64,000 bases of DNA, taken from positions 2,240,001 to 2,304,000 of the forward strand of contig OZ253564.1 in the NCBI GenBank assembly GCA_965262915.1, in the 5' to 3' direction. Each line of letters opens with the position of its first letter. Position 1 is the stretch's first letter. Made by a program: the position numbers and the translations under genes. Below the pieces are notes generated by a model, which had not been told where the DNA came from, ran no database searches, and saw nothing but the letters and a program-made list of their open reading frames with translations. Source of the DNA: Candidatus Spongiisociaceae bacterium. Its GTDB lineage: Bacteria > Actinomycetota > Acidimicrobiia > Spongiisociales > Spongiisociaceae. Below, one piece after another: positions 18,768 through 27,916 of this stretch.

Positions 18768-20071
18768 TCAGTGGGGAGTGACGGTGGCCAATAGGTCCCA
18801 GTTGGGTTTCCCGGCGTAGAGAAGGGCGCGGATTCGGTAGTTCGCGAAGTTGGGTAACCCGAACGCTGCTCGTTTGATCCGTTTGATTAGGTTGTTGAGG
18901 GCTTCGGTGGGTCCGTTGGTTACCTTCGAGATGTGCCAGTTGGTGATCTGGGGGGTCCAGCGGGCGATGGTACGTCCGAGCTTGTTGATCTCGGGTGGGC
19001 AGGATTCGTCCTGGAGGTCGTCTGCGAGCCCGAGGGTGTATCGGAGAGCAAGGACCGGACTTTCGATCCCGTAGATGCCTCGTACCGTTTCGGTTGCGTG
19101 CCAGGCGGTGCGTACCTCGCCGTGGGGGTCACCGGCATCGAGGAGACCACGCAGCCGTGTTTGACCGCGGTCGCTGATCCTCTCATGGGCGGCGGTGAGG
19201 AGGCGGCGTATCCGATACAGCGGGTCATCCTTGCGGCCTCGATGCCCGAGGGTTTCGTTCTGGGTGCGGCGTCGTACTTCGTCGAGTCGCTGGTTGGCCA
19301 AGCGGATGACGTGGAAGGGGTCTGCTACCTGCACAGCGTTCGGCAACACCCTGTCGTACGCCTTCCGATAAGGCCCTGACATGACCCGACACCGCCCAGC
19401 GGATCCCGTCGAGCCACTCGGGGGGCTGTGACCGGAACCACGACACCGCGCTATCAGCCGTTCTACCACCGACTATGTCGAACCGGCTGGTGGCCTCCCA
19501 CATCGACGACAGAAGTGCACCAAACCTTGGTGCGCCACCGGCCTTTCCGCCAGAACAACGCGTCTCGTCGATGCCCACAGCTCCGACCTCGCCTATCCGA
19601 TCGGTGTCGGCCCCCAGGAGTGCATCGCCCCAGCGGACGACCTCATTGTTCACCGTATGCCAATCACAACCCAACTCCGAGGCGACCTCGTCGACCGAAC
19701 GGCCCCGCCCACCCACCCCGACGGTCACCCACCGGGCCGCTCTCGATGTCAACAACGCCCGTTCGGGACCAATCGTGGGGTCTTGTTCGATGAACGATCT
19801 GATCTCACAGTCGGGGTTCGGGCACGTCCAACGGCGTTTCCGCCACCGCAGCCGAACCGGACGGCCGAACGCCGGTAGATCCACCAACACAACCGTTCTG
19901 TGACCCTTGGACCACACCGGGCCACCACACGCCACACACAACGGGCGGGCCTTGCGGGACCCGATCACCACCCCAAGCGGTGCACCCTCGCCCGAGTCGT
20001 TGATCCCTACCAGATCAACGTCGCCCAGGCCTACCAACAACTCGCACATGCGCGCAGGGATCAGCTTCCAC
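18768..20071 (-). pseudogene. ISL3 transposase, multiply frameshifted
   Basis: MCELLVGL, zinc finger C..CG, DLPAFGRPVRLRWRKRRWTC, VGIDET, DMSGPY, ADPFHV, TNGPTEALNNLIKRIKRAAFG; pieces lie in different frames. Confidence 0.93.
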
Positions 20072-20461
20072 AGGGGTCCTCCTGCCTCGGATGTCTTTTC
20101 TCAGCACCCGATTATGGAGGACCCCCCATCACTTCTGGTGGATTACCACTCCCCCTAGCAGATCCCCGACTCCCCACTCATTTCCGAAGAGCCGGTAAAG
20201 GGGGACATGCACGGTTGGGGGCGGAGCGGCCATCTCTAACCTTTTCCCAGTAGCTGGCCGGGCCCACTCAGTAGAATCGGTCCTGACCTCGCGGATGCTT
20301 CGGTAGCGACTGGAATCATGCCGGAACAACCAGTAGCCACGACGGGGCTCTGGCTCGTTCATTGACATAGATCCGAGTGAAGACCAGCCGCCGCCGCCAT
20401 CGCCAATAGACTGACCGGACAATCATGGGAACTTCGGAGGAGCGCGGTGCGTCCAAGTTGT

Positions 20462-21424
20462 ATGAAGAGAACTAACGCACAACCCAACCCGATAAGCCGG
20501 CTTGCCGCGAGCGTTCTCGCCGTGGCCGGTGTAATGGCCCTCGCAGCGTGCTTCGGCGGCAACGACAGCGAAGAGAGAGCGCCGGCGACCACCGCCGCGA
20601 TGGCTGTCGTATCCATGAAGGAGGACGATGCGGGATTCGTCGTCACGGGCGAAGACCGGCTGGAGCAGTATTCGAGCGGCGGGTTCGACATCGGGGTCAT
20701 CGGGCGCGATGTCATCATCGAGATGCGGGTCCTGGTCAGCAGCGACAACATCCAACGTACGGTCGCATCGATCATGGCCAACGTATCGGCGTTAGGTGGT
20801 GGTGTCGCCTACTCGAACATCGACTACGGCGACCGGACCGACGGCCACGACGACGGTTTTGCCATGCTCGTGGTGAAGGTTCCACCTGGAGGCATCGACC
20901 AGTTGCTGGCTGGACTCGACGACACCGGCACCGTGCATTCGATCAGCCAGAGTGCGCAAGATGTCACCGAGCAATTGGTAGATCTCGACGTCAGGATCAG
21001 GAACGTACGGGAAAGTGTCGCAAACGTTCGAGAGTTCATGGATCGCACCGAGAACCTCAAAGATCTCGTGGTTCTGGAGGGAGAATTGACCCGCCGCCAG
21101 ACCGACCTCGAACGACTCGAGGCACAGCAGCGCAATCTCAGCGACCGGGTTGCACTATCGACCGTGACGATCGACATCGTGCCGGCCGCTTCGGTGGGCG
21201 GGGAGGACTCCGACACGATCGGTGATGCCTTCAGTACCGGTTGGGACGTCTTCGTCGCAGTTCTCTACAGGACCGGTTTCGTGCTCGCGGTGCTCGCTCC
21301 GTTCCTTGTCGTCGCAGCGCTGGTGGCACTCCTCGTGAGGTTCGTGGTGCGCCGCCGCAGGGCCACGACCGGAACCGCACCCCCAACACCCCCCGCGGTC
21401 GAACGGACTGAGGAGTCCGGTTAG
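20462..21424 (+). CDS. DUF4349 domain lipoprotein
   Basis: Lipobox LAAC, AQDVTEQLVDLDVRI, LEGELTRRQTDLERLEAQQRNLSDRVALSTVTI, C-terminal TM segment. Confidence 0.9.
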   Translation: MKRTNAQPNPISRLAASVLAVAGVMALAACFGGNDSEERAPATTAAMAVVSMKEDDAGFVVTGEDRLEQYSSGGFDIGVIGRDVIIEMRVLVSSDNIQRTVASIMANVSALGGGVAYSNIDYGDRTDGHDDGFAMLVVKVPPGGIDQLLAGLDDTGTVHSISQSAQDVTEQLVDLDVRIRNVRESVANVREFMDRTENLKDLVVLEGELTRRQTDLERLEAQQRNLSDRVALSTVTIDIVPAASVGGEDSDTIGDAFSTGWDVFVAVLYRTGFVLAVLAPFLVVAALVALLVRFVVRRRRATTGTAPPTPPAVERTEESG

Positions 21425-21514
21425 AGATGACGAACCCGTGAGCCGTACCCGCCAAGCACGAATGTCCCGGGCCGGTCGATCTCTTGGCATGCAGAGCGGT
21501 ACGCTCCGGACAAC

Positions 21515-22294
21515 ATGACTGAGGTATCCGTTGTCTACCCGGGCGAGGACCGCGCCCTGATCACCATCGAGCGGCCGCGCACGCTCAACTCGCTCGACAT
21601 CGCAACGCTCACCGCTCTGGGAGAGGCGGCCGGGGAGGTGGCGGACCGGCCGATGCTCAAGGTGGTGGTCGTTCGGGGGAGTGGTCGGGCGTTCTCGTCG
21701 GGAGTCGATCTGAGCCTGCTCGGAGGTGGTGACGGAGCCGATCCCAGAGTGGTGGGCGAGGTGGGCCGCACCATGATCGAGGCCTTCGATTCGGTCCCGG
21801 GGGTTACGGTCGCCGCGATGCGGGGAGCGGTGGTGGGAGGTGGCCTGGTACTGGCTGCGGCGTGCGATATGCGTGTGGCAGCCGATGACACCTACTTCTC
21901 GATTCCCGAGGTGGATCTGGGACTCTCGGTGGGGTGGGGAGGCATACCCCGGCTGGTCCGCGAGCTGGGGCCGGCTCTGACCCGGGATCTGGTGATGACC
22001 TGCCGACCTTTCACCGCGCAGGAGGCCAAGCACGCCGGATTCCTCAACCGGGTGGTGCCCGATTCGGACCTCGATCGAACTGTCGACGATCTGGTGGATT
22101 CGCTGTGTGGTAAGCCCGGTGCTGCCCTCCGGGCCGTGAATCGTAGCGTGGCCGAGGCAGCCGAGGAGATGCTGGCGGCGCGGGGGCGGGTGGCCGAGGC
22201 CGAGATCCTCGCCGCTGTCTCCTCCGACCCCGAAAGTCGGAGGGCGGCGGCCGGCTACATCGCCGACCACCGGAGGTCCAGAGGCTCAGAGTGA
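21515..22294 (+). CDS. Enoyl-CoA hydratase/isomerase family protein
   Basis: RAFSSGVDL, GAVVGGGLVLAAACDMRVAA, FSIPEVDLG. Confidence 0.95.
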   Translation: MTEVSVVYPGEDRALITIERPRTLNSLDIATLTALGEAAGEVADRPMLKVVVVRGSGRAFSSGVDLSLLGGGDGADPRVVGEVGRTMIEAFDSVPGVTVAAMRGAVVGGGLVLAAACDMRVAADDTYFSIPEVDLGLSVGWGGIPRLVRELGPALTRDLVMTCRPFTAQEAKHAGFLNRVVPDSDLDRTVDDLVDSLCGKPGAALRAVNRSVAEAAEEMLAARGRVAEAEILAAVSSDPESRRAAAGYIADHRRSRGSE

Positions 22295-24040
22295 GGCGGC
22301 GTCGATGGCGAACAGATCGCCAGAACCCGCCTTCACCGCGGGGAGGAACCCGGTGGCGGTGGGCAGAACCTGCTCCAGATAGAACCGGGCGGTGACCTGC
22401 TTCGGGTGGTTCCCCAACCTGGCCGCGGCCAATCCCGCCTCGGCCATCATGGCTCCTCCCATCACGATCCCGAACATGGTGCAGAATGGACTGGCCCCGG
22501 CCAGTTGATGGTTGGGATCGCCGGACCGCGACAGCAGGTGGTCGGTCCCCTCCGTCAACGTGTCCAGCGCCACCGAAAGCGAACCCGCTGCCTGGTCCCA
22601 CCCGAGCTCGTGAAGGCGATCCACCGCGAGGCGCAGGGAGTCGATGTAGCGGCGGACGAACCTTCCGCCGTCGATGGGCAGCTTGCGCATCACCAAGTCG
22701 ATCGACTGGATGCCGTTGGTGCCCTCGTAGATGGGTGCGATGCGGGCATCCCTCCAGTGCTGGGCGGCCCCGGTTTCTTCGATGTAGCCCATTCCTCCGT
22801 GCACCTGGATCCCCACCGAGGCGACCTCCACGCCCAGGTCCGTACACCATGTTTTGGCCACCGGCGTGAGCAGGGCCAGGCAGTTGGCGTGCCAGGTCCG
22901 CTCCTGGTCCGTTCCGGCATGCTTGGCAAGGTCCTGGTGCATTGCGGCCCGGTACAGAAGTGCACGCATCGCTTCGGTGTTGGAGCGCATGGTCAGCAGC
23001 ATCCGTCGCACGTCGGGGTGGTCAATGATCGGCGAACTCTCCGAGGCGCCTACCGCCCGCCCTTGCCGGCGCTCTCGAGCATATGCGGATGCCTGCTGGT
23101 AGGCCCCCTCGGCCACCGCCATCCCCTGGACCGCCACCGAGATACGGGCGGTGTTCATCATGGTGAACATGTTCCCCATGCCGCTGTTCACGCTCCCGAG
23201 CAGGAAGCCGATCGCCCCCCCGGTGTCGTCGCCGTAGGCCATCACGCAGGTGGGCGCGGCGTTTATCCCGAGCTTGTGCTCCAGGGACACGACCTTGAGG
23301 TCGTTCGCTTCTCCCGGTTCGCCGTTCGCGTCGGGTAGGAACTTGGGAACGATGAACATCGATATTCCCTTGGATCCCAGGGGGGATCCCGGAGCCCGGG
23401 CCAGCACTAGGTGGACGACGTTGGAGGACATGTCGTGGTCGCCGTAGGTGATGAAGATCTTGGTGCCGGCAAGCCGGAAGGTACCGTCACCGGCCGGAGT
23501 AGCCCGCATGGAGAGCGCGCCCACGTCGGATCCGGCGTGCGGTTCGGTGAGGTTCATAGCGGCCGACCATTCGCCCGTGATCAGCTTGGGCAGGTAGGTC
23601 TCCTGCTGCTCCTTGGTGCCATGGGCTGCGAGAGTGGTGACTGCCCCTGCGGTGAGCAGTGGGCAGTTGCTGAAAGCGAGGTTGGCCGCGGCGAACATCT
23701 CCTCGAAAGCCACTCCGACGACCCTGGGCATCTGGTGGCCGCCCCACTCGACTGGAGCGTCGATCCCCCCCCATCCAGCGTTTACAAACGTCTTGTAAGC
23801 CTCCTTGAATCCGGACGGAGAACGTACCCGGCCGTCGACAATCGATGAACCTTCAAGGTCTCCGGTCCTGTTCAGAGGCGCTACGAGATCTTGGACGAAC
23901 CGGGCTCCCTCGTCCAGCACCGCCGACACCAGATCCGGTTCTGCGTGCCGGAAAGCCTCGAGAGAGACCAGATCGCCGAGCCGTCCGATGTGTTCGAGAA
24001 CGAAGCGGATGTCTTCGAGGGGGGCGGAGTACCCGAACAT
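22286..24040 (-). CDS. Acyl-CoA dehydrogenase (DmdC/FadE5-like long form)
   Basis: MNLTEPHAGSDVG, GTKIFITYGDHD, GISMFIVPK, EHKLGI..PTC, IQVHGGMGYIEE, IYEGTNGIQ. Confidence 0.95.
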   Translation of the reverse strand: MFGYSAPLEDIRFVLEHIGRLGDLVSLEAFRHAEPDLVSAVLDEGARFVQDLVAPLNRTGDLEGSSIVDGRVRSPSGFKEAYKTFVNAGWGGIDAPVEWGGHQMPRVVGVAFEEMFAAANLAFSNCPLLTAGAVTTLAAHGTKEQQETYLPKLITGEWSAAMNLTEPHAGSDVGALSMRATPAGDGTFRLAGTKIFITYGDHDMSSNVVHLVLARAPGSPLGSKGISMFIVPKFLPDANGEPGEANDLKVVSLEHKLGINAAPTCVMAYGDDTGGAIGFLLGSVNSGMGNMFTMMNTARISVAVQGMAVAEGAYQQASAYARERRQGRAVGASESSPIIDHPDVRRMLLTMRSNTEAMRALLYRAAMHQDLAKHAGTDQERTWHANCLALLTPVAKTWCTDLGVEVASVGIQVHGGMGYIEETGAAQHWRDARIAPIYEGTNGIQSIDLVMRKLPIDGGRFVRRYIDSLRLAVDRLHELGWDQAAGSLSVALDTLTEGTDHLLSRSGDPNHQLAGASPFCTMFGIVMGGAMMAEAGLAAARLGNHPKQVTARFYLEQVLPTATGFLPAVKAGSGDLFAIDAASL

Positions 24041-24053
24041 GTCCCCGATGATA

Positions 24054-24145
24054 GGTCAGGGGTCAGGGGTCAGGGGTCAGGGGTCAGGGGTCAGGGGTCA
24101 GGGGTCAGGGGTGAGGGGCCAGGTGCCAGGTGCCAGGCACCTGGC
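24054..24145. repeat. Heptamer tandem repeat (GGTCAGG)x8 with degenerate TGCCAGG copies and a terminal hairpin
   Basis: Read directly in the intergenic spacer; GCCAGGTGCC/GGCACCTGGC form an inverted pair. Confidence 0.93.
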
Positions 24146-25296
24146 TAGATCTGGTCTAGTGCCTGTGCGAGGTCGTCGATCAGGTCCTCCACATCTTCCA
24201 AGCCCACGGAGATACGCACCAGACCGTCGGTGATGCCCACTCTGAGCCGCTCCTCCTCCTCCACGTCGGCGTGGGTCATGGTGACGGGATGGGTGACCAG
24301 CGACTCCACCGAACCGAGGTTCTCGGCCAGCGTCCACACGCGCAGCGACCGCATCAGTTCTTTGCCGGCCTCGACCCCGCCCTCCACCTCGAACCAGGCC
24401 ATGGCGCCGAAGCCCGAGGCCTGCTTGGCGGCAAGCGCGTGCTGGGGGAAGGAGTCCAGTCCGGGGTAGGTCACGGTGGTGACCTTGGGGTGTGCTTGGA
24501 GGAACTCGGCCACCGCCAGCGCATTGGACGACTGGCGGTCCATCCGCTCGCTGAGGGTCTTGCTGCCCTGAAGGGTCAACCAGGCGACCATCGGCGACAT
24601 GATCATCCCGGCCGCGTTCTGGACGAAGCCGATAGCTTCCGACCGCTCCTCGTCCCGGCACACCACCGCGCCACCGACGGTGGCGTTGTGGCCGTCGAAG
24701 TACTTGGTGGTGGAGTGCACGACCAGGTCGGCGCCCAGTTGCAGCGGACGCTGGAAATAGGGGGTGAGAAAGGTGTTGTCGACCGCGTGGGGTATGCCTC
24801 GGGAGGTGGCGATCTCCGAAACCCCGGCGATGTCGGTGTACTTGAGGGTGGGGTTGGCGGGGGTCTCCGTGAAGATCAGGCGGGTGCGCCGGTTGACGGC
24901 GGAGGCCACCTCGTCGAGGTCGGACGTGTCGGCGAAGGTGAAGTCCACCCCGAACCGGGAGAAGACCTTGGTCGCCAGACGGTAGGTGCCTCCGTAGGCG
25001 ACGTCGCTGATCACGGCGTGGTCTCCGGCATTCAGCAGGGCCAGGAACAGCCCGTTGGTAGCAGCCATACCGGTGGCGAACGCCCAGGCGGAGTGGCCGC
25101 CCTCCAGGACGGCGAGGCGCTCCTGCAAGGCCGAAACGGTGGGGTTGGCCGATCGCGAGTACGAGTAGCCCTTCGCCATGTAGGCGTCCACCGACGGCTG
25201 CACGAAGGTGGTCGACTGGTGGATCGGCGTGAGGATGGCGCCGGTGGTCGGATCGGGTACGACACCCGCGTGGATCTGGTCGGTTCTGAAGCCCAT
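24145..25296 (-). CDS. PLP-dependent trans-sulfuration enzyme (cystathionine gamma-synthase/lyase family)
   Basis: PIHQSTTF, YSRSANPT, YGGTYR, ETPANP, DNTFLTPYFQRPL, HSTTKYFDGH, AENLGSVESL, VRISVGLE. Confidence 0.95.
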   Translation of the reverse strand: MGFRTDQIHAGVVPDPTTGAILTPIHQSTTFVQPSVDAYMAKGYSYSRSANPTVSALQERLAVLEGGHSAWAFATGMAATNGLFLALLNAGDHAVISDVAYGGTYRLATKVFSRFGVDFTFADTSDLDEVASAVNRRTRLIFTETPANPTLKYTDIAGVSEIATSRGIPHAVDNTFLTPYFQRPLQLGADLVVHSTTKYFDGHNATVGGAVVCRDEERSEAIGFVQNAAGMIMSPMVAWLTLQGSKTLSERMDRQSSNALAVAEFLQAHPKVTTVTYPGLDSFPQHALAAKQASGFGAMAWFEVEGGVEAGKELMRSLRVWTLAENLGSVESLVTHPVTMTHADVEEEERLRVGITDGLVRISVGLEDVEDLIDDLAQALDQI

Positions 25297-25369
25297 AAAC
25301 CTCCGTTTGCGCGGCGTCAGGTTACCGCGACGGAGTGGCTACCGATCCCCGTCTGTAGAATGAACGAGC

Positions 25370-26380
25370 GTGGGGGCACGGAGCGGGACCGCGATAACGA
25401 CCACAGAGATGCATACGGGGGGCGAGCCCGTCCGTATCGTCGAGTCCGGGTACCCGCCGGTACCGGGCGACACCATCCTCGAGAAGCGCCGGTACGTGAG
25501 GGAGAACCTGGATCACCTCCGGCGGGTTCTCATGCACGAGCCCCGCGGCCATTTCGACATGTACGGGGTGATCCAGGTGGAACCCGACCTTCCGGAGGTG
25601 GACCTGGCTGTGCTGTTCATGCACAACGAGGGATACTCGACCATGTGCGGTCACGCCACCATCGCGCTGGGGCGGTATGCCGTGGACCGCGGGTTGGTTA
25701 CCAAGGTCGAGCCAGAAACCAGGGTAGTGATCCAGTGTCCGTGCGGACCGGTAACCGCCTTCGTGGAAGTTCGGGACGGGGTAGCCGGGAGGGTCCGGTT
25801 CCGGAGCGTGGGAGCCCTCGCCTTTGCCCTCGACCATAAAGCAAAAGTTAAAGGTTATGGTTCTGTCCGTTATGACATCGGATATGGGGGCGCCTTCTAC
25901 GCGGTGGCGGAGGCGTGGCAATTCGGTCTCGACGTAGGCACGTCGAAGGTCCGAGAACTGGTCGCCGCAGCCACCGGCCTGACCGCGGCTGTGCGGCGTG
26001 ATCTGGTCCTGACGCATCCGGACCATGAGGACCTGGCGGATCTGTACGGCTCGGTCCTGACCGACGGGGTGGAGGGTGCCGGGACGTCCGTCAACATCTG
26101 CGTATTTGCCGACTCGCAGGTCGACCGCAGTCCCACCGGATCCGGCGTGACTGCCCGCATGGCCCTCAGGTACGCCCGTAACCAGGTGATGATCGGAGAG
26201 GAGCGCACCTTCGAGAGCGTGGTGGGTTCCACCATGACCGGCAAGGTCGTTGCCGAGCAGACGGTCGGAACTCTCCCGGCCGTAACCGTAGAGGTAGGCG
26301 GGAGGGCTTACTACACCGGAAGCGCTGCCTTCCTCGTGGAACCCGACGATCCATTCGCGGCCGGATTCCTGGTTAGTTGA
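25370..26380 (+). CDS. Proline racemase family; probable trans-3-hydroxy-L-proline dehydratase
   Basis: MHTGGEPVRI, EPRGH, YSTMCGHA (Cys) and DRSPTGSG (Thr in place of the second Cys), the dehydratase-type catalytic pair. Confidence 0.9.
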   Translation: MGARSGTAITTTEMHTGGEPVRIVESGYPPVPGDTILEKRRYVRENLDHLRRVLMHEPRGHFDMYGVIQVEPDLPEVDLAVLFMHNEGYSTMCGHATIALGRYAVDRGLVTKVEPETRVVIQCPCGPVTAFVEVRDGVAGRVRFRSVGALAFALDHKAKVKGYGSVRYDIGYGGAFYAVAEAWQFGLDVGTSKVRELVAAATGLTAAVRRDLVLTHPDHEDLADLYGSVLTDGVEGAGTSVNICVFADSQVDRSPTGSGVTARMALRYARNQVMIGEERTFESVVGSTMTGKVVAEQTVGTLPAVTVEVGGRAYYTGSAAFLVEPDDPFAAGFLVS

Positions 26381-26410
26381 TCAACCCGCCTGGAGGTATG
26401 GGGATGCGGG

Positions 26411-26623
26411 TCAACCGTCTTTCGACTTGAAGGAGTCGGTGTAGTTCTTGTGAGCCTTGGTGATCAGCCGGTATACATGGCTGTTGCCCGCAGTGTTAGG
26501 GCCCCTCCCTTGAACGTGGGTAGCTTCGTCCACGGTCTTGAGGAAGGAGTCCAAGGACTCGTTGTTAGCGGTCCAAGGCTTGCGGGGACTGAACAAAAGC
26601 CGCAGGAAGTTGCGAAGACTCAT
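26411..26623 (-). CDS. Small hypothetical protein
   Basis: RBS AAAGGA before the ATG, plausible codon usage, co-oriented downstream of the msrA/nitrobindin genes. Confidence 0.5.
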   Translation of the reverse strand: MSLRNFLRLLFSPRKPWTANNESLDSFLKTVDEATHVQGRGPNTAGNSHVYRLITKAHKNYTDSFKSKDG

Positions 26624-26663
26624 CTGTAGAATTCCTTTCGCGGTTCGAGTACGAGTGCACTGC

Positions 26664-27146
26664 TCATGGCTGGCTTACCCGGGCCAGTTCGGCCTCCAGG
26701 TGGACCTGCATGGGTTGTCCCACGGCCGCCATCCCCAGCCGGTAACGCATGGCGTCGCCCACGACGTCGAGTTCCCTCATCGCCTGTGAGACCTCGACCG
26801 CGGTCCCCGACAGTCCGACCAGGCTGGTCCGGAAGTCGACCCGGTTGTCACGCACCTCCCCGGTGTGGACCTCCACGATGCCGGTTGGCTGGGCTATCAC
26901 CAACTCCGCCTTTCCGTGTCCTGCCGGACGGATGTAGCCGGTCTCGGCATGAAGCGGCTCGCCCTCGCCCCCGGCCCGGCGGGTCCGCTGGCGGTAGGCG
27001 ATGAAGGGCTTGCCGGGACCGGGGGTGTAGGTGGCCTCCTCAAAGTACTCGAAGGGTTTGATGGTTGGATAACACCCCTTACCCCGGCCCTTCCAGACGC
27101 CGATCAGGAATGCCAGAGAGGCCAGGTCGGGATGCATCCGGTCCAC
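26664..27146 (-). CDS. FABP-like/nitrobindin (DUF1794) heme beta-barrel protein
   Basis: LAFLIGVWKGRGKGCYPTI, KPFIAY.Q.T, PLHAETGYIR, MAAVGQPMQVHLEAEL. Confidence 0.9.
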   Translation of the reverse strand: MDRMHPDLASLAFLIGVWKGRGKGCYPTIKPFEYFEEATYTPGPGKPFIAYRQRTRRAGGEGEPLHAETGYIRPAGHGKAELVIAQPTGIVEVHTGEVRDNRVDFRTSLVGLSGTAVEVSQAMRELDVVGDAMRYRLGMAAVGQPMQVHLEAELARVSQP

Positions 27147-27790
27147 TACCCGGTCGGGACCTCGCACGACACGCCGGTGCCGCGCAGCCCGCAATAGCCG
27201 AAGGGGTTCTTGCCCAGGTACTGCTGGTGGTAGTCCTCCGCGTAGTAGAAATCGGGTGCCTCCCGGATCTCGGTGGTGACCGGTCCCTTGCCTACCGCCG
27301 CCAAGCCCCGCTCGTAGGAATCCTTGCTGGCCTCGGCCAACCTGCGCTGGGTCTCGGTGGTCCAGTAGATGGCCGACCGGTACTGGGTACCGCGGTCGTT
27401 ACCCTGTCGCATCCCCTGGGTCGGGTTGTGCTCCTCCCAGAACCTCTTGAGCAACATCCCGTAGGGAACCACGTCCGGGTCGTAAACGATCAGCACAGCC
27501 TCGGTATGCCCGGTGTGGCCCGAGCACACCTCGGAGTAGGTCGGGTTGGGGGTGAAGCCCCCCTGGTAGCCGGCCGCGGTGGTATGGACCCCGGGGATCT
27601 GCCAGTAGATCCTCTCCACGCCCCAGAAGCACCCCATGCCGAAGTAGGCGACCTCCATGTTGGGGGGGAACGGGGGGGTGATCGGCCGGCCGTGGACGAA
27701 GTGAGGCTCGGGATCGAGGATGCCGGTCCCCCTACCCGCCGGAGCCGCGTCGGCCGATGGCAGCCTTTCCTTCGTAGTCCGACCAAACAT
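27146..27790 (-). CDS. msrA: Peptide methionine sulfoxide reductase A
   Basis: [47 protein letters not shown]. Confidence 0.98.
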   Translation of the reverse strand: MFGRTTKERLPSADAAPAGRGTGILDPEPHFVHGRPITPPFPPNMEVAYFGMGCFWGVERIYWQIPGVHTTAAGYQGGFTPNPTYSEVCSGHTGHTEAVLIVYDPDVVPYGMLLKRFWEEHNPTQGMRQGNDRGTQYRSAIYWTTETQRRLAEASKDSYERGLAAVGKGPVTTEIREAPDFYYAEDYHQQYLGKNPFGYCGLRGTGVSCEVPTG

Positions 27791-27916
27791 CTAGTTCCCC
27801 TTCCTAGTTCCTACCAGGCACAACACTATTGCGGGTGATCTGTTCCCGGAAACGGGCCACGTCCGGGGCGGGTTAGCCTTGGCCCGTATCGACAACGAAT
27901 CGGAGGCGATCCCCAG

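Larger units (their letters stand above)
17278..20193 (-). mobile_element. ISL3 family element (decayed), interrupted by IS110
   Basis: IR-L ACTCCCCACTCATTTCCGAAGAGCC (20169-20193); split IR-R GGCTCATCG (17278-17286) + GATTTCAGTGGGGAGT (18764-18779); perfect 8-bp target duplication GGTAAAGG at 17270-17277 and 20194-20201. Confidence 0.93.

Noticed and set aside
23805-24233. ORF with QGSGVRG repeats
   Set aside because: Translation of the heptamer DNA repeat, antisense to real genes
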